Shown: one piece after another, positions 39,901-44,798 of the stretch
How the letters are laid out: each line of letters opens with the position of its first letter
Position numbering within the stretch: position 1 is the stretch's first letter
Assembly: GCA_007130125.1 (NCBI GenBank)
Contig: SLSZ01000135.1
Span: 1-44,798 of the forward strand
Length of the DNA stretch: 44,798 nt
Source: Bacteroidales bacterium
GTDB taxonomy: Bacteria; Bacteroidota; Bacteroidia; Bacteroidales; UBA7960
Reading direction: 5' to 3'
The notes under the pieces: generated by a model
Databases searched by the model: none
What the model was told of the DNA's origin: nothing
The model's input: the letters and a program-made list of their open reading frames with translations, nothing else
Position numbers and translations under genes: made by a program

Positions 39901-40797
39901 AAAGGAGCTTTTTACTTTGCCGAACAGCTAAAAGCTGATATTACCGCAATACTTCTGCACGGTTATTATGAAGTGCTTCCGGCAGGTACTTTTATACTTG
40001 ATCCCTATCCTGTAAATGTTCGTCTGCTTGGAAGGTTTAGGTATGATGAGCTTGGAGACAATTACTCTGTGAGAGCAAAAGCAATGTGCAGGCTCTATCG
40101 TAAAGAATATAGAAAGTTGTTTGAAACGGAAAGGAGGACATTTTTCTACAAAACTGAACTCATTAACAAGTACAAGTTTAAAGGCCCTGTTATTGAATAT
40201 TATGTTAAAATAAAGCTTAGACTGGAAAATAATTACGAACTGTATGATGAAATTATACCGCGCAGCGCAAAAATCTTTGATGCCGGTTGTGGATATGGAA
40301 TGCTCACAAATATGCTGTCGCTCACAGGAAAGGATCGATATATCAAAGGAGTTGATTATGATAGAGAAAAAATAGAATTTGCTAAGAATACAGTATCTTT
40401 TGATCAGAAAAATATTGATTTTGAATGTGTTGATATTGCAGAATATGAGCCTGAATATTATGATGTTTTTATACTATTCGATGTGCTGCATTACATACCT
40501 GAAAGCTCGCAAAAAGCAGTTATTGAAAAATTTATTGCAAAGCTTAACCAGTCCGGCATGATCATTATTAGGGAAGGGAATAAAGACATCAAAAGCAAAC
40601 ATTTTATGACACGCGTCTCCGAGTTTTTCTCCACTGGTCTGGGATTTAACAAAGCAAAAGCCAAGCTTTCGTTTATTTCCGGTTCACTTTTGAAAAAAAT
40701 AGCAGATGAAAATAACATGTCTTTTGAGGTCATTGCATCCGAAAAAAGAACATCGAATCAGGTATTTGTTTTTAAAAAAAATAATCAAAAAAATTGA
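36943..40797 (+). CDS. Trifunctional MMPL/RND exporter - PlsC acyltransferase - class I SAM methyltransferase
   Basis: Two TM repeats with GITIDF and GLGVDY; NHQSVMD and FPEGTR (PlsC); DAGCGYG (SAM binding). ATG 36943 preferred. Confidence 0.88.
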   Translation: MSKLFVAIYTFIRRFRVIFLLAVIAFAVFATFNIRNITLFDDFSAVFPQSDKIEIYNEVISNSTILEQIVFNVYQKDTLQEADPAQLTSVAAQLADSIDYYLKPDYVRSITSGVDDQLFFEAFELFYQYLPFYLDSADYRMLDSLITYEGIEAKLEENLRSLMSPVSVVTRDFLLQDPLHIVLPKLEVLKDVQLEEGLELYNNYLVTEDKRNALFFVLPHDTHSTAENEYFVNELERITGNFEKTYPDIKISFYGSVPVAIANTRQIKDDIKLTVSIALVLLVFLMLFFFQRIQNILLIFFPAAVGGVLALFFFAVFKPEISALSLAIGSVLLGITIDFSLHFLTHHKHSGSSKKTLKAISEPVLMSGFTTTTAFLCLLFITSPALQDLGIFASVAVMGAALGALVFLPHMVNDKKVPGKKLYRHTIIEKAAAFELHAVKPLVIAILLISAFLLYFAQYTSFEEDLEKSGYLSEELAEADERLKKISDITETTIYVIAEGETLDECLQHNREIVNELQHLQSESVFESYYSVSRIIPSEKLQQEKIEKWNDFWTDEKISKAKSIMREAGGKLHFNEKAYRGFFRMIEKDYEILPPHTIAKKLGLITENFIIHTPSRVMVANLIKADTDEISDAIKEHLAKKENTLVFDKKSLAESLFDILKHDFNRFIAASLVVVFLIILIFFGRIELAIITFLPMALSWGWTIGIMGLFDIKFNIFNVVISAFIFGLGVDYSIFISKGLLQKHKFGADNIISYKSSILLSCLSTLIGVGVLIFAKHPALKSIALLSLIGISSVVLIAFTLQPFLFDKAFYYKGKPRKNPVNLYQFMVSSLGFFSFGVVALFLSALVPFFKVFPAKKVRKRAAYKRLICSACKVIISISWFYSPKRSFELDKSTFDKSSIIISNHQSVMDLLLYLSLSPKIVMLVKDWVWNNFYFGRVVRYAGFINVEEEYKETLPALQKALDDGNSILIFPEGTRTRTGKIRRFHKGAFYFAEQLKADITAILLHGYYEVLPAGTFILDPYPVNVRLLGRFRYDELGDNYSVRAKAMCRLYRKEYRKLFETERRTFFYKTELINKYKFKGPVIEYYVKIKLRLENNYELYDEIIPRSAKIFDAGCGYGMLTNMLSLTGKDRYIKGVDYDREKIEFAKNTVSFDQKNIDFECVDIAEYEPEYYDVFILFDVLHYIPESSQKAVIEKFIAKLNQSGMIIIREGNKDIKSKHFMTRVSEFFSTGLGFNKAKAKLSFISGSLLKKIADENNMSFEVIASEKRTSNQVFVFKKNNQKN

Positions 40798-40841
40798 AAA
40801 TACACTTGTGTTAAGTTGCCTGTTTTTAATCAGTACAATAC

Positions 40842-42338
40842 ATGAAAAAATATGACATAGTAGTTATCGGTGCAGGCCTGGGAGGTTTGATCACATCAAC
40901 TATTCTTTCTCGTGAAGGCTATTCTGTGTGCGTTTTAGAAAAAGGCGTGCAGATCGGTGGAGCAATCCAGTCTTTTTCACGTGATAATGTTACTTTCGAT
41001 GTTGGTGCGCATTATGTAGGAGGGCTTGAACAAGGGCAAAACCTTAACCAAATATTGCGTTTCCTAAATGTTAAGGATAAGCTGAAACTCAAAAAGCTTG
41101 ACGTTGATGCCTATGATAAAATAACTTTTCTGGATCAAAATAAAGAATACCCACATTCACAGGGATTTGAAAATTTTAAAGAAAACCTTTTGGAATTTTT
41201 CCCTGCAGAAAAAAAAGCTGTTGACAAATATATTGAAACGGTAATAAACCTTGTTAATGATTTTCCTCTATTTAAGTTGAGTGAAGGAGAATACTCATTG
41301 TTTTCTTCAAAACATCAAAATATATCGGTGGGAAATTATTTGGATTCAATTACTGAAGATGAGAACTTAAAAAATGTTTTGGCAGGAAACAATTTGCTGT
41401 ATGCAGGGGAGCAATATTCTACTCAATTATCTGTACAAGGACTGATTCACTATTCTTATCTTGAAAGTGCTTACCGCTTTGTAGGAGGAACATCAAAGCT
41501 TGCTCATGCCCTGGCTGACGAAATAACTGCGAATGGCGGTGAGATACTTGTTAAGTCGGAAGTAAAAAGGTTTGAATTAGAAAATGGCAAGATTGATAGT
41601 GTTGTTGTCAATGAAGGGGAAAAGGTGTTAGGTAAACATTTCATTTCGAACATGCACCCAACGCGTACCTTTGAAATGATTGATGAACAGGAGGTAAGAA
41701 AATCATATTACAGGCGAATTGTTAATCTTGAAAACACAATATCGGTGTTTTCTGTTTATGGCATTTTAAAACCTAATAGCTTTCCATTTCTGAACTCAAA
41801 TCATTACATCTTTAGAGAAAATAATGTTTGGGGTGTTGATAATTATGATAAACAGCAATGGCCTAGCATGAGCATGTTCCTTACGCAGCCTGTTCCCGGA
41901 AATGATAGATACGCAAAGGGGTTCACTGCTTTAGCCTATATGAAGTTTGATGAAGTTATGAAATGGAAAAATACTGTAGTCGGTAGTCGTGGTGATGATT
42001 ATTATGAGTTTAAAAAATTAAAGGCCCAGAAAGTATTGGATCTGGTTGAAAAAAAGTTTCCCGGTTTACGTGACTCTATAAGCAATGTATACAGCTCCTC
42101 ACCCTTGACATACCGTGATTATACAGGCACTGTTGATGGTTCTCTCTACGGAGTTGTCAGGAATGTTGATAGTCACATGGAAAACCTTGTGCTTCCTGAT
42201 ACTAAGATCCCAAATCTTTTGTTTACAGGACAAAATACTACCATGCATGGTGTTATTGGTGTGGCAATAGGTTCATTGCTCGTATGCTCCAAGTTTTTAG
42301 GAATGAAGTACCTGGTGGATAATATTAATAAAGCCTGA
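40842..42338 (+). CDS. Phytoene-dehydrogenase-like NAD(P)/FAD oxidoreductase
   Basis: VIGAGLGG dinucleotide-binding motif, FDVGAHY, SPLTYRDY, FTGQN..HG. Confidence 0.88.
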   Translation: MKKYDIVVIGAGLGGLITSTILSREGYSVCVLEKGVQIGGAIQSFSRDNVTFDVGAHYVGGLEQGQNLNQILRFLNVKDKLKLKKLDVDAYDKITFLDQNKEYPHSQGFENFKENLLEFFPAEKKAVDKYIETVINLVNDFPLFKLSEGEYSLFSSKHQNISVGNYLDSITEDENLKNVLAGNNLLYAGEQYSTQLSVQGLIHYSYLESAYRFVGGTSKLAHALADEITANGGEILVKSEVKRFELENGKIDSVVVNEGEKVLGKHFISNMHPTRTFEMIDEQEVRKSYYRRIVNLENTISVFSVYGILKPNSFPFLNSNHYIFRENNVWGVDNYDKQQWPSMSMFLTQPVPGNDRYAKGFTALAYMKFDEVMKWKNTVVGSRGDDYYEFKKLKAQKVLDLVEKKFPGLRDSISNVYSSSPLTYRDYTGTVDGSLYGVVRNVDSHMENLVLPDTKIPNLLFTGQNTTMHGVIGVAIGSLLVCSKFLGMKYLVDNINKA

Positions 42339-42391
42339 GGTTTTCTTCAAATATCTCTATATTGATTTTGATAAATAATTTTAAAAATTCT

Positions 42392-42419
42392 TGTCACAAA
42401 AATCCTGTTAAAAACGACT
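42392..42419 (+). promoter_or_regulatory. Putative autoregulatory ECF-sigma promoter
   Basis: TGTCAC-N17-CGACT about 20 bp upstream of the probable TTG start (42440) of the ECF sigma. Confidence 0.45.
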
Positions 42420-42439
42420 GTATAATAAAAGCATCTGTT

Positions 42440-43120
42440 TTGGGAAAATTCGAAGATATATACAACGAAAACTATAATACCATGCTTGGTGTTGCGCGCA
42501 AAATGATAGGCAATGGTTATGATGCCGGCGATATAATACACGATGTTTTTATTGATTTCTTCGAAAAATGTGATGAGAGGACAACAGTTGTGAAATATCC
42601 TAAAAGCTGGTTATATCGTGTTACTTTGAACAAGTGTGTTGATAGGTTAAGAAAAAGTAAAAACCATAAAGATATCGAGGATGTTCATGGTAAAACAGAC
42701 GAGAATGACCAGACGGAAATTTCAGAGAAAAAGGCTATTGTCAGCCTGGCACTGTCAAAACTAAAAACAAATGAAAGAGAATTGGCAGTTCTGTATAGTG
42801 AGGGGTTATCTTATAAAGAAATTGCCGGAATTGCCGGCATAAAACTTTCTTCAGTGGGAAAAATGCTGTCGCGCACATTAAAAAAAATTGAGCAGGTACT
42901 ATGCCTTTCGCAAAACCCCTGGGAAGAAGACATCCTCCTATTGTTGCAAATGTTGGTGACGAACTTGTTGTGGCTATTCCTGAAACAGGGGAAATACTCA
43001 TCTATGACCTGGATGGAAAACTTCTGTCAAAACAGAACATTGACTGGGCAAAAGATTATGTTTCAGTGGAGGAACAGAAAGAGATTCAGCGCAATGCTAT
43101 TGAGAGGTACCGTAATATAA
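42440..43120 (+). CDS. ECF-type RNA polymerase sigma-70 factor, natural stop apparently lost (about 75-aa read-through tail)
   Basis: Region 2 DIIHDVF..KSWLYRVTLNKCVD; region 4 LYSEGLSYKEIA..SVGKMLSRTLKK ending near 42895. The tail overlaps the next ORF by 220 bp. Confidence 0.75.
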   Translation: MGKFEDIYNENYNTMLGVARKMIGNGYDAGDIIHDVFIDFFEKCDERTTVVKYPKSWLYRVTLNKCVDRLRKSKNHKDIEDVHGKTDENDQTEISEKKAIVSLALSKLKTNERELAVLYSEGLSYKEIAGIAGIKLSSVGKMLSRTLKKIEQVLCLSQNPWEEDILLLLQMLVTNLLWLFLKQGKYSSMTWMENFCQNRTLTGQKIMFQWRNRKRFSAMLLRGTVI

Positions 43121-43506
43121 AGGAACCGCGTTTTGTGGAATGGGCATCCCCGGAAGAAAACCGTGCCGCACGTGATTATCTTGTGCGGGAGATGGAAAAA
43201 GACCTTGAAAAAATAAGCAAGCCAATACGTATGCCGTTTTTTTCAACCCTTATCCAAGACTCCGATGACAACCTGCTGTTTTTTGAGTTTCCAAAAGAAG
43301 AAGGAGCTAATAAGTTCAATGTATGGGTTTACCAGGATGGCGGGCAATTTGTAGCACAAAGCAGCTTCCATGTTGAAGGGTATGAGCTTGAAATTAAAAA
43401 CTCTAAAATGGCGTTTCATGATGGGTATTTGTATGCGCTGGTAAAGAAAAAAGGAGCTGAAGGCGTACCGCTAAGGGTAATGAGGTTTGAACTTAAAGGA
43501 CAATAA
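42901..43506 (+). pseudogene. C-terminal fragment of a larger (probably secreted, beta-propeller-like) protein
   Basis: Protein-like composition, but it begins abruptly at the end of sigma region 4. There is an in-frame TGA at 42889, and no signal peptide or leader. Confidence 0.55.
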
Positions 43507-43554
43507 TGCCGGGATGTTAGAATATCTAAAATAAAACTCATCAGACTTTTCTTT

Positions 43555-43980
43555 AGGTGCAGAGCAACGTGACATAAAATCATCTTTTAATATCACGGTG
43601 CTCTGCACCTTTTGTTTAGCGAAGGTTGCATATTTGGCTGCAAATATCACGGTGCTCTGCACCTTTTATTTAGTAGGGAGAGCATTTTTGGCTACTTACA
43701 AATATTACGGTGCTCTGCACCTATTAGTTAACGGCGGCTGCATCTTTAGCTACAAATGTTGCTATGCTATGCACCTTTTAGTTAATGGCAGCTGCATCTT
43801 TGGCTGCAAATACTTGGTGTTCTGCATCTCTTATTTAGCCACGTATGGTCATTCAGCGAACGTTTTTACTCCTATCGTTATTAAAATTGTAACAAACCTT
43901 TCTTAGGTGCAGCGCACCGGCTATATTTATAACATTGAATGTTAATAAAGACTATCTAAGGTGCAGCGCACCGTGACATA
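43555..43980. repeat. Left array of REP-like 22-nt hairpin repeats (8 copies)
   Basis: Consensus AATRTYRCGGTGCTCTGCACCT. Minus copy at 43555; plus copies at 43589, 43643, 43701, 43755, 43809; minus copies at 43905, 43959. Confidence 0.9.
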
Positions 43981-44035
43981 AGTCATAGCATTTTATTTAT
44001 ATTTGCATAGTTATTAACCCAAAAAACCTTTAACC

Positions 44036-44494
44036 ATGGCAAACACCTACACACAATTTTACGCTCATCTTATATTTTCTCCAAAAAACAGACAAGCCTT
44101 AATTAAAAAGGCCTGGAAAGACGATTTAGAGAAATATATTACAGGAATAGTTCAACAAAATGGCCATAAATTGCTTTCTATAGGCAGCATGCCTGACCAT
44201 ATTCACATCTTTATTGGATATAATGTAAATCAGCTAATTCCAGAGTTAGTTGAGAAAATAAAAACATCAAGTAATGCCTGGATAAAGAATAATAATCTTT
44301 CAAAGAGCAAATTTGAATGGCAGCGTGGCTATGGTGCTTTTTCGCATTCAAGATCCAATATAGACAGTGTAGTTAAATATGTTTTGAATCAGGAGCAGCA
44401 TCACAAGAAAATGACTTTCAAAGAAGAATATTTAGAAATTCTTAAAAAGAATGATGTTGATTATGAAGATAGATACCTTTTTGAATTTTTTTGA
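44036..44494 (+). CDS. tnpA: Y1 HUH tyrosine transposase (IS200/IS605 TnpA-like; probable REP-associated RAYT)
   Basis: PDHIHIF HUH motif, IKTSS, WQRGYGAFS, catalytic YVLNQ; no tnpB nearby; flanked by hairpin repeats. Confidence 0.9.
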   Translation: MANTYTQFYAHLIFSPKNRQALIKKAWKDDLEKYITGIVQQNGHKLLSIGSMPDHIHIFIGYNVNQLIPELVEKIKTSSNAWIKNNNLSKSKFEWQRGYGAFSHSRSNIDSVVKYVLNQEQHHKKMTFKEEYLEILKKNDVDYEDRYLFEFF

Positions 44495-44530
44495 GGTCAT
44501 AGGGGTTTTTATTAATATAATTGTACTAAA

Positions 44531-44660
44531 AATGTTGCGGTGCTCTGCACCTATTAATTAGCTACGGCTGCATGTTTGGCTACATATGTTGCGGTGCTCT
44601 GCACCTATTACTTAGAGGAGGCTGCATATTTGGCTGCAAATGTTACGGTGCTCTGCACCT
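44531..44660 (+). repeat. Right array of REP-like hairpin repeats (3 copies, 54-bp period)
   Basis: WATGTTRCGGTGCTCTGCACCT at 44531, 44585 and 44639. Confidence 0.9.
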
Positions 44661-44701
44661 TTTTTTTGATTTTTTACAGGGTTTTGATTTTTATATTTGG
44701 G

Positions 44702-44743
44702 ATTTACCCTGTTAAATGTAATTTTGTATTTAACAGGGTGAAT
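44702..44743. repeat. 16-bp-arm inverted repeat (small palindromic element)
   Basis: ATTTACCCTGTTAAAT-N10-ATTTAACAGGGTGAAT, followed by TTTGAAC-type heptamers at 44744-44771. Confidence 0.7.
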
Positions 44744-44798
44744 TTTGAACTTTGAAGTCTGAACTTTGGATTTTTAATTACTTATTTAGCCCCATGTA

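Larger units (their letters stand above)
21435..42338 (+). other. Dialkylresorcinol / flexirubin-type aryl polyene biosynthetic gene cluster (partial)
   Basis: Order: darA, darB, conserved small protein, BtrH-like, ABC exporter, thioesterase, KS/CLF, ACP, KS/CLF, deacetylase, LolA-like, dehydratase, GT2, MMPL-acyltransferase, FAD oxidoreductase. Confidence 0.88.

Noticed and set aside
40842-42338. Carotenoid pathway (crtI)
   Set aside because: No crtB, crtE or crtY is nearby, and this oxidoreductase type is a regular member of flexirubin-type clusters.
42362-42439. N-terminal extension of the ECF sigma from TTG 42362
   Set aside because: The region contains the likely promoter, and sigma-like sequence starts near TTG 42440.
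1570-43001. Numerous short antisense or nested ORFs in the six-frame track (e.g. 17918-18478, 15095-15577, 35842-36318, 34834-35271)
   Set aside because: They are shadows of well-supported genes and have no recognisable motifs.
43471-43906. ORFs 43598-43906 (+) and 43471-43662 (-)
   Set aside because: They are translations of the 54-bp repeats (recurring VLCTF/ALHLL) with no protein-like features.
43589-44660. CRISPR array
   Set aside because: The linkers are homologous to each other rather than unique, the repeats occur in both orientations and on both sides of a transposase, and no cas genes are in the window.
44036-44798. IS605/OMEGA element with TnpB or IscB
   Set aside because: No RuvC-containing ORF lies next to tnpA; both flanks are repeats. 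The window ends 300 bp downstream.
1-44798. tRNA, rRNA, riboswitch, prophage or integrase
   Set aside because: No recognisable signature was seen by eye. A covariance-model search would be needed to exclude small RNAs.

Overview
AT-rich Bacteroidota (Bacteroidales-like) chromosomal window; the assignment rests on TAnnTTTG promoter elements, a T9SS cargo protein and DUF4249/DUF5686 genes. The left part (1-21.3 kb) holds a TonB-dependent receptor/DUF4249/macroglobulin-like operon behind a probable sigma54 promoter with two tandem palindromic enhancer sites. It also holds a peptidase/amidase group (DmpA, GNAT-nitrilase, S41), an AbgT transporter, a T9SS type-B cargo protein, a PemK/MazF-type toxin-antitoxin pair, a flavin reductase and a DUF5686 outer-membrane protein. 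The middle part (21.4-42.3 kb) is a dialkylresorcinol/flexirubin-type aryl-polyene biosynthetic cluster. It contains darA, darB, two KS/CLF pairs, an ACP, an ABC exporter, a GT2 and an MMPL-PlsC-methyltransferase fusion, but lacks the usual ammonia-lyase, CoA-ligase and FabG genes. An antisense aldo-keto reductase separates darA from darB, and 7/8-mer tandem repeats fill several gene junctions. The right end has an ECF sigma gene apparently joined by deletion to the 3' part of another gene. It is followed by a stand-alone Y1 HUH transposase (RAYT/IS200-like, no TnpB) embedded in 11 copies of a 22-nt hairpin repeat with a near-constant 54-bp period, the most unusual structure in the window. All family calls come from motif recognition, not database searches.
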